DNA of 64,000 nucleotides, taken from an uncultured delta proteobacterium. GTDB lineage: Bacteria > Myxococcota_A > Polyangia > Polyangiales > Polyangiaceae. Positions 19,186 to 28,407 of this stretch are shown here, piece after piece (within the stretch, counting starts at the first letter, position 1; every line of letters starts with the position of its first letter). The DNA lies in assembly GCA_963782055.1 (NCBI GenBank), contig CAWAIF010000003.1:32001-96000 (forward strand), in the 5' to 3' direction. Below the pieces are notes generated by a model. The model made no database searches. It saw only the letters and a program-made list of their open reading frames with translations, and was not told where the DNA came from. Position numbers and translations under genes: made by a program.

Positions 19186-20160
19186 GTGCCCCTCACCCTC
19201 ACCGTCCGCGCCGAGTCGCCCGGGGGAGACGAGCCGTCCCTCACCTTCGACACGCCGCGCGTGGTCATCGGGCGCGGGCAGAGCTGCGACGTGCGCCTCC
19301 CCGACCCGAGCGTGAGTCAGCGCCACGCCATCGTCCGGGCGCGCGGGGCGGACTACCAGCTCCTGGACGAGGGCAGCACCAACGGCACCTTCGTCGGGGG
19401 CGTGCGCCTCGCCCCGAAGGCCCCGCGTACGCTGCGCACCGGCGACATGGTGCGCGTCGGCCGGGTGTGGCTGGAGGTGCGCGTCGACCAGTCGCTGCCC
19501 ACACAAGACATCTCGATGGCCACGCGCGACCTGGCGCTGGCGCTCGTCGCCCAGGCGATGCGCTCGCAAGGCGACGACACCGTGCCGAAGGTGACGGTGG
19601 TGGAGGGGCCGGACATGGGCGCGCGGCTGGAGCTGCTCGACGAGGGCCGCGCGTACCTGGTGGGGCGCGGCGAGAAGTGTGACGTGCCCCTCGCGGACCC
19701 GGACGCGTCGCGCGAGCACGTGCAGGTGGTCCGGCGCGGGGCCACGGTGCTGGTCCGCGACCTCGGCTCGAAGAACGGCGCCATGCTCGGCGAGTCGCCG
19801 CTGCCCGCAGGGCGCGACGTGCCGTGGCGCGCCTCGCTGATGATCCGCGTCGGGGCGAGCGTGCTCGCGCTGGAGGAGCCGGTGGCGGACGCGCTGGGGG
19901 AGCTGGAGATCGCCGCCGACGAGTCGGTGCCGGCGGAGGAGGAGATCGCGCCGCCGCCGCCGTCTCACGCCGCCGCGGAGGCGCCGCCCAGCGCGCGCGG
20001 CGGCGCCGCGCCCATCGCGAAGCTGGAGCAGAAGCCGGTCACTTACACGCCGAAGAAGAAGAAGAAGCGGGGCCCCACGCCGGCGGATCTCATCGTCATG
20101 GCGGCGGCGATCGCCATCATCGGGCTGTCCATCGCCGGGCTGGTGTGGCTGCTGAAGTGA
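19186..20160 (+). CDS. Double FHA-domain membrane-anchored protein
   Basis: Two GR...S..H...D.GS.NG motifs; C-terminal TM. Confidence 0.9.
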   Translation: MPLTLTVRAESPGGDEPSLTFDTPRVVIGRGQSCDVRLPDPSVSQRHAIVRARGADYQLLDEGSTNGTFVGGVRLAPKAPRTLRTGDMVRVGRVWLEVRVDQSLPTQDISMATRDLALALVAQAMRSQGDDTVPKVTVVEGPDMGARLELLDEGRAYLVGRGEKCDVPLADPDASREHVQVVRRGATVLVRDLGSKNGAMLGESPLPAGRDVPWRASLMIRVGASVLALEEPVADALGELEIAADESVPAEEEIAPPPPSHAAAEAPPSARGGAAPIAKLEQKPVTYTPKKKKKRGPTPADLIVMAAAIAIIGLSIAGLVWLLK

Positions 20161-20175
20161 GGCGGCGGCGCGCGA

Positions 20176-21960
20176 TCAGCCGCGGTGTCGCGAGGGCGAC
20201 GGCGCCGGGGGCCCGCGGCGGCTGCGCACCGGCTCGCGGTAGGCGAGGGGCAGGTCCTCGGCGGGGATCGCCTCGAGGAGCGCGGCGAGCGCCTCGGCGT
20301 CGGCGGGGCGGTCGCTCGGGCGCTTGCGCAGGCAGGTCATCACCGCGACGTCCAGCGCCTCCGGGATGGGGAGGTCGGGGCGGCGCACGCGCATGGACTG
20401 GGGGACCTTCCGCTGGTGGAGGTCGAGCAGCTCACGCCGGCTCTTGGAGTGGATGGGCAGCTCGCCGGTGAGCGCCTCGTACATGACCACGCCGAGGGTG
20501 TACAGGTCCGTACGCGCCTCCACCGCCGCCCCGATGCACTGCTCCGGCGCCATGTACTCCGGCGTGCCCAGCGTGTAGCCGGCCTGGGTGAGCGACTCGG
20601 CGCTGGTGAGCTTGCTCATGCCGAAGTCGAGCACCTTGGCGGTGCCGTCGTCGCAGAGAAAGATGTTGCCGGGCTTGAGGTCGCGGTGCACGACGCCCTT
20701 GGCGTGCGCGGCGGCGAGCGCGTGGCACACGTCGGCGAAGCAGCGGATGGCGAAGCCGGGGGCGACGACGCCCTCGCGCGCCATCTTGTCGGCGAGGGAG
20801 TGGCCGTGCAGGCGCTCCATCACGACGTAGATGGACCCGTCGGGCAACTGGTCCAGGTCCAGGACACGCGCGACGTTGGGGTGATCGACGTGGACCTGGA
20901 TGTGCGCCTCGCGGCGGAGGCGCGCGATCTCGCTGCCGTCCTTGGCCGCCGCGCCGCGCAGCACCTTGACGGCGACCTCGTGACCGAGCGTGGCGTGCTC
21001 CGCCGCGTAGACGACGCCGATGCCGCCGGAGCCGATCTTGCGGCCGATGCGGTACTTGCCGCCGAGCACGGTGCCGCCCAGCTCGCCGGGGGCCGCGCGC
21101 GCCGCCCCGGTCTCCCCGCGGAGCTGCAGGCTGCGCTCGAGCGCGGCGATGCGGACCTTCTCGAACGCCCTGGCGCGGGTGTCGGCGCGGCCGCGCTCCC
21201 AGAGCAGGCCGGCGCCGGCGCCGAGGACGCCTCCGAGGACGCCGGCGAGGAGCCCGGTGAGCCAGCTGCTCGCGGCGGCGATGGCGCCGCCGAACAGGAC
21301 GGCGGAGGCCGCGCCGCACACCGCGGCCGCCACGCCGCGCCACGCGGTGGACCAGCGCACTTCGTACACGCAGGCGTCGTCGCCGCGGGCGATGCACGAG
21401 GGGTGCGTGACGGTCGCCTCGTCGAGGCCCCAGAAGATGGGATAGCTGGCGAGCTCGCCCTGCCGCGCCGCGCAGAGGAGGGCCTCACCGGTGCCCTCGT
21501 CTGCCTCGCCGTCGTCGGTCGAGTCCTCGCGCCGGCGGTAGGAGACGCGCACCGCCCCGGGGCGCGAGTCCTCCAGGGAGAAGACGCCGATGCGCGTGAG
21601 CTCCTGCGAGTTGTCCGCGAGGTAGCGGTAGGCATCGACGGGGTCGTGCGCGCCGCGGAGCATTCGCACGCGGGTCCCCAGCGCCTCCGGGTGCATCGCC
21701 CAGCGCCCGCAGTGCGTCAGCGCCGCCTGGCCGAGCTCGCGCGCCACCGCGCGCAGGATGCGGCGGGCCTTCGCCGCGCTGATCCACGCGGTCTCGGAGT
21801 CCACCGTGCCCGGGTCGACGTCCAGCGCGGCGAGCATGGTGCGCACCGCGCCTTCGCCGCGCTCCACGCGCAGGCGCAGGAGGTAAGGCCGCACCGAGGC
21901 GGCGCGGACTTCTTCCTTTCCTCCGCGCACGCTCCCCGGCGGAATGCTCGGCGTCAGCAT
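20176..21960 (-). CDS. Ser/Thr kinase with N-terminal V4R/H-NOX-like domain and Gly-rich TM hairpin
   Basis: HPSCIARGDDACVYEVRW (V4R-type motif); kinase IGSGGIG, VAVK, HRDLKPGN, DFG, GTPEYMAPE. Confidence 0.9.
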   Translation of the reverse strand: MLTPSIPPGSVRGGKEEVRAASVRPYLLRLRVERGEGAVRTMLAALDVDPGTVDSETAWISAAKARRILRAVARELGQAALTHCGRWAMHPEALGTRVRMLRGAHDPVDAYRYLADNSQELTRIGVFSLEDSRPGAVRVSYRRREDSTDDGEADEGTGEALLCAARQGELASYPIFWGLDEATVTHPSCIARGDDACVYEVRWSTAWRGVAAAVCGAASAVLFGGAIAAASSWLTGLLAGVLGGVLGAGAGLLWERGRADTRARAFEKVRIAALERSLQLRGETGAARAAPGELGGTVLGGKYRIGRKIGSGGIGVVYAAEHATLGHEVAVKVLRGAAAKDGSEIARLRREAHIQVHVDHPNVARVLDLDQLPDGSIYVVMERLHGHSLADKMAREGVVAPGFAIRCFADVCHALAAAHAKGVVHRDLKPGNIFLCDDGTAKVLDFGMSKLTSAESLTQAGYTLGTPEYMAPEQCIGAAVEARTDLYTLGVVMYEALTGELPIHSKSRRELLDLHQRKVPQSMRVRRPDLPIPEALDVAVMTCLRKRPSDRPADAEALAALLEAIPAEDLPLAYREPVRSRRGPPAPSPSRHRG

Positions 21961-21982
21961 GGGCTCCGCCAGGGTATGCCCG

Positions 21983-22681
21983 TTAATGGTTGGTGTGAAC
22001 CGCGCCAGGGTCCAGGCCGGCGCTCGTCGCCGCGGCGCGCACCGCGTCGACCATCACGGGGAGACCGGCCACGAAGACACGGACGCTGTCGTCGGGGCGA
22101 AGCGCGCGCATCAGCGCTTCCTGGACGTACCCCCGCACGTAGTCCTGGGGGGCGTCAGGGTCGTCGGAGAGAGCGAGCGAGACGTGGACCCCGGCGTCCT
22201 CGAAGCGCTCGAGCTCCTCCAGCATCGGCACGTCGTGGCGCGCGCGCGTACCGAGGAGCAGCGTCGTCCTCCCGGCGTCGCCGCGCGCGATGCGATCGAG
22301 CACGACGCTCCGGGCCACCGCGACCGCCCCGGCGGTGATCACCATGAAGAGCGGGTGGCCACGCGCGTCGTCCACCGGGAAACCTGCCCCGAGGGCGTCG
22401 GTCATGCGCACCGGGGTGCCCACGTCGGCGGCGTGGAGCGCGACGGCGGCGCCGCCGCCCGCGCGCAGGATGATCTCCCAGGGTCCGCCGGGCAGCCCGG
22501 CGAGCGCGAAGTGACCCGTCTCGCCGTCCAGATCGAGGAAGGTGTACTGGCCCGGCGTCGTGAAGGTGGCCTCGACCTCGGGCGAGGTATCCAGCCCGAC
22601 CCACAGAAGGCCGCCACCCGCGTCGGCGCGGGCGGTCACCCGGCCCTCCCGCAGCGGCGTGTCGGGCGCGGGCACCGTCAC
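21983..22681 (-). CDS. FAD/NAD(P)-binding oxidoreductase (FNR-like)
   Basis: FTTPGQY, LGAGFP, TAGAVA (TG.G-like), LLGTR, GYVQE, FVAGLPVM, HTNH end. Confidence 0.8.
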   Translation of the reverse strand: MTVPAPDTPLREGRVTARADAGGGLLWVGLDTSPEVEATFTTPGQYTFLDLDGETGHFALAGLPGGPWEIILRAGGGAAVALHAADVGTPVRMTDALGAGFPVDDARGHPLFMVITAGAVAVARSVVLDRIARGDAGRTTLLLGTRARHDVPMLEELERFEDAGVHVSLALSDDPDAPQDYVRGYVQEALMRALRPDDSVRVFVAGLPVMVDAVRAAATSAGLDPGAVHTNH

Positions 22682-22785
22682 CCGTCACCTGCGGCGCGGG
22701 CCCCGGCTTGGACAGAGCGGACCAACTCCAAGACGCTACTTGTCTGTGACAACCGACGCAACCTCGCGTAAAGGGGAGCGCGACG

Positions 22786-23520
22786 ATGCTCGCGCTCGAG
22801 AGACTCATCCAGTACCCCAAGCCCATCGCGCAGATCGACCTCGGCGCGGTGACGGCGGAGCTCGACGCGATCCTCGTGCGGCACGGCGCGCGCTCGATGA
22901 CGCTGCCGCCGGGCATGCTCTACATCCAGCGCGGCACGCCCTTCGTCGCCATGGCGACGAAGGCGTACGAGGCGGACCGCATCGCGCGGGCCGTGGTCTC
23001 GGAGGTGCGGGCCGCGCCCTTCTTCGCGAGCGTGGTCGTCGCCGTCCATCCGCGCGCGGAGCTGGAGGCGCCGGTGCTGGTGGTGGACCTGCGCGTCGTG
23101 CCGACCGGCGTCACGCACGCCTTCCTCGACACCTGCGGCCCCTCCATCGCCAGGCCGCGCTTCGGCGAGCTGTTCTACCGGCCCCTCATGCAGACGCTCG
23201 ACGCCGCTGTCGCGAGCGCGGTGCGCCGCAAGCCGGTGCCCTCGTGGATCGCGCCGCTGTCCGGCGGCGCGGGGGCGCAGCTCCGCGCCGGCTCGCGGCG
23301 GGGCTCGGCCGTCGCGCACGCGGTCGTGCGCTATATCGAGCGCTACCTCGAAGGCCTGGACAAGGCCGACGCGGCGCTGGACGCCGCGGCCAACGCCGCC
23401 GCGGCTCAGCGCGTGCGCGACGCCGTTCGCTCTCACGGGGCCGCGGGCAAGTACCTCGCCCGCGCCTTCGGGTCGTCCTTCGCGTCGCGGTACCTCGAGC
23501 TCCTCTGGAACGAGAGCTGA
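22786..23520 (+). CDS. Ferredoxin-dependent bilin reductase-fold protein (PcyA/Peb/RCCR-like)
   Basis: HP...EAPVLVVDL...AFLDTCGP, PSWIAPLS and Q.........YLARAFGSSFASRYL resemble FDBR conserved blocks (visual recognition only). Confidence 0.6.
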   Translation: MLALERLIQYPKPIAQIDLGAVTAELDAILVRHGARSMTLPPGMLYIQRGTPFVAMATKAYEADRIARAVVSEVRAAPFFASVVVAVHPRAELEAPVLVVDLRVVPTGVTHAFLDTCGPSIARPRFGELFYRPLMQTLDAAVASAVRRKPVPSWIAPLSGGAGAQLRAGSRRGSAVAHAVVRYIERYLEGLDKADAALDAAANAAAAQRVRDAVRSHGAAGKYLARAFGSSFASRYLELLWNES

Positions 23521-23625
23521 TCCGGGAGGCGACGCGCCCCTCCTGACTGCGGGGTCACGGTGCCGGGGGTGCCGGCGCGAGGACTGCCTGCCGGGTCACG
23601 CTGGGCGAGTGTGGCCGCCACGGCG

Positions 23626-24219
23626 TCACGAGGGCGTGGCGAGCGCAAGCACGCGATCCATCTCGCGCTCGCGCTCTCTCCGGCGGCGGCCCGCGCGGCG
23701 AACGCGGTCCTCGTCGCGCAGAACCCAGAAGCCGCCCTCGGTGCGCCTGTCGAGGGTGGCCTCGTCCCCGAAGCCAAGTCGAATGCGCATGCACAGCGCC
23801 TCCAGGTGCCTGCGGGCCCGCGCGCACGGGCGGTGGGCAGGCCAGCGTCGCGCGCCTGGCGCGAGCGCGCCGTCCAGCGCGAGCCCGACCTGCCCAACGA
23901 GCACGAGCCCGAAGAACGCGCGCCGCACGCGGCACCGACCCTCGGCCGTGAGCTCCACGAGGCAGTCACGCCCGTCGCGTCGCCGCCTGACGAGCCCCAG
24001 CTGCTCGAGCGAGCGCATCATGCGGCTGACAGTCGACCGCGCGACGCCGAGCCCGCGCCGAAGGTTGCTCTGCAGGTGAACGCAGCGCGTCCCGAGACGG
24101 TAAAGCGCGTCGAGGAGGTCGAACCGCGCCGCGGTGAGCCCCATCGCCGCGAGCGCCCGCCGCGTGAGCCGCAACGTCGCGTAGTACGCACGCTTGATGG
24201 TGAAGAACACAGGGTCCAT
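23626..24219 (-). CDS. MarR-family winged-helix regulator
   Basis: GLTAARFDLL, LGVARSTVSRMMRSLEQLGLVRR...DGR...VELTAEG. Confidence 0.8.
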   Translation of the reverse strand: MDPVFFTIKRAYYATLRLTRRALAAMGLTAARFDLLDALYRLGTRCVHLQSNLRRGLGVARSTVSRMMRSLEQLGLVRRRRDGRDCLVELTAEGRCRVRRAFFGLVLVGQVGLALDGALAPGARRWPAHRPCARARRHLEALCMRIRLGFGDEATLDRRTEGGFWVLRDEDRVRRAGRRRREREREMDRVLALATPS

Positions 24220-24232
24220 CCACCCCCCCAAA

Positions 24233-24247
24233 GCACCCCGCGTGCCA
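24233..24247 (-). promoter_or_regulatory. Putative sigma-54 (-24/-12) promoter of the MarR gene
   Basis: Minus strand TGGCACGCGGGGTGC matches TGGCACG-N4-TTGC with exact GG-N10-GC spacing, about 13 nt above the ATG. Confidence 0.5.
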
Positions 24248-24275
24248 CCCCCCTCCCCCCGCAGAGTTCTGCGGG

Positions 24276-24313
24276 AAACGTCGGATTGCTAGCATGCTTG
24301 CACTCCGACGTTT
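24276..24313. repeat. 38-bp near-perfect palindrome (17/19 arm match)
   Basis: aaacgtcggattgctagca|tgcttgcactccgacgttt; 23 bp identical at 38042-38064. Confidence 0.85.
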
Positions 24314-24399
24314 GGTGTCCCGGGACAGGGAGAGGGGACAGGGGGGACAGGGGCAGGCGCCGTCGGAGGCGCGGGCGCGCGAGGCGCCTCGGCCCGCCT

Positions 24400-25312
24400 T
24401 CAGAAGGTGCCGGACAGCGCCATGCCGGCGTAGCCGGGGCCGAGCTGAGGGACCAGCCCGGCCGTCTTCTCGCCGGTCGGCTCGAGGAAGTGCCAGATCA
24501 GGCCCCCGGCGACTGCGGCGATGCCTACGCCGCCCACGATGAAGCCGACGTTGGCCATCGTGGTGCCGGTGCTGTTCAGCGTCGCGCGGTTCTGCCCGTT
24601 CGCGCCCGGAGTGAAGGTGGGGGGGTTGCAGATGAGGTTGCCTGCGGAGTCCTTCTCTCCGGTGCAGCCTTCCTTCGACTGGCCGATTCTTGGATTCGCC
24701 GATGGCGACGAGGACCACGCCCGCTACCAGGCTCGCCCCGCCGGCGCCAACGACGATCCACGGCGCCGCGGAGTGCCCGCCTGCCGGGGGCGGGGGCGGC
24801 GGGGCGGTGTCGGTGGGGCTGGCCGTGGCGGTGGCCGTCTCGGTGGGGGCCGCGGTGGCCGTCGTGGTCGCGGTGGCCGTCGCCGTCGCCGTCGCCACCG
24901 GCTGCATCTGCGCCTTCAGGTTCTGGATGCGCCGCCGCACCTGCTCGGCGTCCGCCGCCTTCGGGTTGCGCTCCAGGTATGTCTCCAGCGCGTGCACGGC
25001 CTCCGCCTTGTCGCCCTTCGCCTGGTAGGCGCGGGCGATGTAGTCGAGCAGCGCCGCCTTGGAGCAGTCGCGCCGGTAGGCGTCCTTGAAGTTGTCGACG
25101 GCCTTCTGGTAGTCGGCCTCGTCGTAGGCAGCCTTGCCCGCGAGGTAGATGGCGTGGGCGGCGTCCAGCTCGGCCTGGCTCAGCTTGGGCGGCGGATCCG
25201 AGCAGGCGGGGTACTGCGTCACGGCGGCGCCGGCCGGCTGCGCGAGCGCCGGGACAGCGGCGGCGACGCCGAGCAGGACGAGGAAGAGCGAAGTCTTGAG
25301 CGAAGCGCGCAT
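24400..25312 (-). pseudogene. Exported TPR protein with Thr/Ala-Pro linker, TM segments and C-terminal GxALSGTF strand; +1 frameshift near 24687
   Basis: Signal peptide plus TPRs up to AIGESK; the next frame continues IGQSKEGC...LIWHFLE...GYAGMALSGTF*. Span is 913 nt = 3n+1. Confidence 0.8.
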
Positions 25313-25503
25313 GAGATTGCGCCGACTAGCATACGCGCGATCCACGGGAAGCCCAAAAAGCTGGCCGCCCAGCCCGGGGCGGGAAACCGTCTGGCGTCTG
25401 GAGTCCTCCTGCCAGCTCGGCCCTCCGCGGCCGGAGCTCCGAACACACGCCTCGCGCAGTCGACCGTCGGGATGGCCGGCGACCTGGGGCCCGACGGCCG
25501 GAC

Positions 25504-26073
25504 TCAGAGGCGGCCGAGCGCGGTCGTGGCCAGGCGCTTGGCCAGCTCCAGCGCCTTCTTCTCGTCCGGGAGGTTGTGCACGCCCACCACCAGCTTCTTG
25601 CCCCCCGTGTAGACGTACAGCTCCCCCCCCACGTCGCCGGGCACGACATGCACCCCCCAGACCGCGTGGTCGCCGATGCCGGTGATGTCCGTCTGCTTCT
25701 CGTAGCCGGCGGTGCGTAGGGCGGTCCGGACGACGGCCGCGTCCTCGGTCGCGTGCGGTCCGCAGAAGACGGAGAGGCCGCCGTGCGGGGCGCCGAGCGC
25801 GACCGCCCCGTACTCGCACGTCGCGATCTCCGGTCGCGATGCGCTGCCCGCCACGTCGTTCTCACCGCGCTTGCCCGCTTCGAGCGCGGTGCCCAGCGCG
25901 TTCTCCAGCTCCGCGCGGGTGAGCAAGGTGCACGCGTCGTACGCCTTGCAGCCGGGCGCGGCGGTGCTGGTGATGGGGCCCGGCGATGCCCCGTCGGGCT
26001 TGGCCGAGGTGGACGGCTTGCTGCAGGCGAGGAGCAACGGCAGCGCGGCGAGGAAGGCGGCGGATTGAGTCAT
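25504..26073 (-). CDS. Lipoprotein (DUF3558-like)
   Basis: Lipobox LLAC; DACTLLT...TCEY, GIGDHA motifs. Confidence 0.75.
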   Translation of the reverse strand: MTQSAAFLAALPLLLACSKPSTSAKPDGASPGPITSTAAPGCKAYDACTLLTRAELENALGTALEAGKRGENDVAGSASRPEIATCEYGAVALGAPHGGLSVFCGPHATEDAAVVRTALRTAGYEKQTDITGIGDHAVWGVHVVPGDVGGELYVYTGGKKLVVGVHNLPDEKKALELAKRLATTALGRL

Positions 26074-26177
26074 GGACGGGTCCTCCAACCCCTGAGGTGG
26101 GCCATTTATTCTAGCGCTTGCGGGCCCGCCGCGCGCGACGACGCGCCCCACCTCCGCGTTGAGCGTATGCTCCCCCG

Positions 26178-27533
26178 ATGCGCCTCCGCGCGCTGCTCGT
26201 CCTCGTTCCCGTGCTGGCGATCGCCATCGTCGCCGTCGGCCTGCGCATCGGCGCGGGCGACGCCATGCGCGCGGCGATCGTGCACGGCGCGCACCTGCCT
26301 CGGGGCGGGGGTCGCCTGGCCTGGCAGGTGGTCACCCTCTTCGAGGACACCGGCGTGCGCGAGACGATCACCACGCCGTTGCACGTGACGGCGCGCACCG
26401 GCGGGCACGAGACACACCTGGACACCCGGACCAACGCCGACGGCGTCGCCGAGCTGGACCTCGACATGCCCGGTCTGACCGAAGGCGCGCCCCTCACGCT
26501 CGACGTGCGCGACGCGAACGACCACGTCCTGGCGAGCGGCGCGGTGAGGTGGAAGCCAGAAGAAGTGAGCGAGGTGCGTCGCGAGTTCGTGCGACCCTCG
26601 CTGCGCGAAGGGGCGCTCGCCATCGACGTCGCCGTCCTCGGGGCGCGGCTCGCCCCCGGCCAGGCAGGCAGGCTCTTCGTCCGCGTCGCCGATCGCGCCA
26701 CCGGCCGCCCCGCCACCGGCGCTCGCGTCGAGGACGCGCCGGAGGACGGGGTCATCGTCACGGCGTCGCCCCACCCTGCGTGCGAGGCGGGCTGGTTCGA
26801 GCTCTCCGCCCTCCCGCAGATCCACGTCGCCGGCCTCACGCTGCGCGCGACCGACGAGCTCGGCAAGAAGGGGCGGTGGTTCGGCTCGCTGCCCATCGCG
26901 CCGGGGGCCCTCTGGATCGACGCGCCCACCCGCGTCCCGCCGGGCGCCGTGAACGTGGGCGTCACCTCCGCGAGCGCGCGCGACATCGCCTACGTCGAGG
27001 TGGACGACGAGTCTGGTCGCCTCTTCTCCATCAGCCCGAAGCTCGCCGGCGCGTCCCCGCAGGCGCACGTCGTCACGCCGACCCTCGACCCCGGCAAGTA
27101 CTGGCTCGTCGTCTCCGGCGAGCCCGACGGCGCCATCGCCCTCTCCGGGGCGACCCGCGCCATGCCCCTGGTGGTGGGCGGCGCGCCCGGGTGCGACGCG
27201 GACCTCGCGGGCCTCGTGCCCGGCGGCTTCCCGCGGTGGGTCGCGCTGGATGGCTTCGACGCCCTCCGCGCGAAGATGGCCAGGCGCCGCGCTCGCGGCC
27301 GCGCGCTCGCGCTGGGGGCTCTCCTCCTCTCTGCGCTGCTCGAGACGTTGCTCCTGGTGCGCGCGGCACGACGGTCGCGCCTCGAGCTGGCGCGCGTGGA
27401 GGAGGCCATCGCGAAGGACGCACCCGCATCGCGCGCGCCCGCCCGCCGCGACGCCACCGACCTGCTGATCGCGCTGCTGCTCGGCCTGATGGGGCTCGCC
27501 CTGCTCTTCGCGCTCATCGAGTGGCAGGGTTGA
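26178..27533 (+). CDS. Hypothetical membrane protein with beta-rich exported domain
   Basis: N-terminal anchor, RTNADGVA Ig-like motif, two C-terminal TMs. Confidence 0.75.
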   Translation: MRLRALLVLVPVLAIAIVAVGLRIGAGDAMRAAIVHGAHLPRGGGRLAWQVVTLFEDTGVRETITTPLHVTARTGGHETHLDTRTNADGVAELDLDMPGLTEGAPLTLDVRDANDHVLASGAVRWKPEEVSEVRREFVRPSLREGALAIDVAVLGARLAPGQAGRLFVRVADRATGRPATGARVEDAPEDGVIVTASPHPACEAGWFELSALPQIHVAGLTLRATDELGKKGRWFGSLPIAPGALWIDAPTRVPPGAVNVGVTSASARDIAYVEVDDESGRLFSISPKLAGASPQAHVVTPTLDPGKYWLVVSGEPDGAIALSGATRAMPLVVGGAPGCDADLAGLVPGGFPRWVALDGFDALRAKMARRRARGRALALGALLLSALLETLLLVRAARRSRLELARVEEAIAKDAPASRAPARRDATDLLIALLLGLMGLALLFALIEWQG

Positions 27534-27564
27534 CAATCCTCGGACATTGCACGGACGCTCGGGC

Positions 27565-28401
27565 GTGCCCTACACCTACGAGTTCCCCCGTCCCGCCGTG
27601 ACGGTCGACGTCGTGCTCTTCACCATCCGCGCCGGGGAGATCTCGGTGCTGCTCATCCGCCGCGCGCAGGCGCCCTTCAAGGGGCAGTGGGCGCTGCCCG
27701 GCGGCTTCGTCGAGCCCAGCGAGACGCTGGAGCGCGCCGCGCTGCGCGAGCTTCACGAGGAGACCAACCTGGGTGCGGTGCCGCTCGTGCAGCTCGGCGC
27801 CTTCGGCGATCCGGGCCGCGATCCGCGCGGGCACACCGTGAGCGTCGCGTACTTCGCCTTCCTCGTCGCGCCCTCGCGGCCGGTCGCCGGCGACGACGCC
27901 GCCGCCGCCCAGTGGATGCCCCTTCGGTCCATCCCGGAGGCCGACGCGCCGCCCAGGACGCGCGGCGCGGTGCGGCTCGCCTTCGACCACAGGCGCATCG
28001 TGGCCGCCGCGCACGCGCGCCTGAAGGAGCGCCTGCAGGGCCCCGCGCACCCCGCCCTGCTTGAGCTGGTGCCGCAGCGCTTCACGCTCAGCGAGCTGCA
28101 GCACGTCTACGAGGCGGTCGTGGGCAAGCAGATGGACAAGCGCAACTTCCGCTCCCGGCTGCTGATGCGCAAGCTCGTCGAGCCGGTCGCGGCGGCGCGG
28201 CGCACCGGTCGCCACCGCCCGGCGCAGCTCTATCGGTGGGTGGGCGGGGCGCGCGAACAGGAGGCCGCGCCGGCCGCGCCCCCGGCGAAGACGCGTGGCC
28301 ATGCCCGCGCCGCGCGCCCCAAGGCCGTCCCCGCCGCGCCGAAGCGCTCCAGGAGCCCCGCAACGCGCGGCCGCGCGCGCGCCGGCAAACGGGTACGATA
28401 G
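27565..28401 (+). CDS. nrtR: NrtR-family Nudix/wHTH regulator
   Basis: VTVDVV, WALPGGFV..E......RELHEET, RDPRG, LAFDH, FTLSELQ.VYE, DKRNFR, HRPAQLY; precedes a pncB-like gene. Confidence 0.9.
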   Translation: MPYTYEFPRPAVTVDVVLFTIRAGEISVLLIRRAQAPFKGQWALPGGFVEPSETLERAALRELHEETNLGAVPLVQLGAFGDPGRDPRGHTVSVAYFAFLVAPSRPVAGDDAAAAQWMPLRSIPEADAPPRTRGAVRLAFDHRRIVAAAHARLKERLQGPAHPALLELVPQRFTLSELQHVYEAVVGKQMDKRNFRSRLLMRKLVEPVAAARRTGRHRPAQLYRWVGGAREQEAAPAAPPAKTRGHARAARPKAVPAAPKRSRSPATRGRARAGKRVR

Positions 28402-28407
28402 CCCCCG

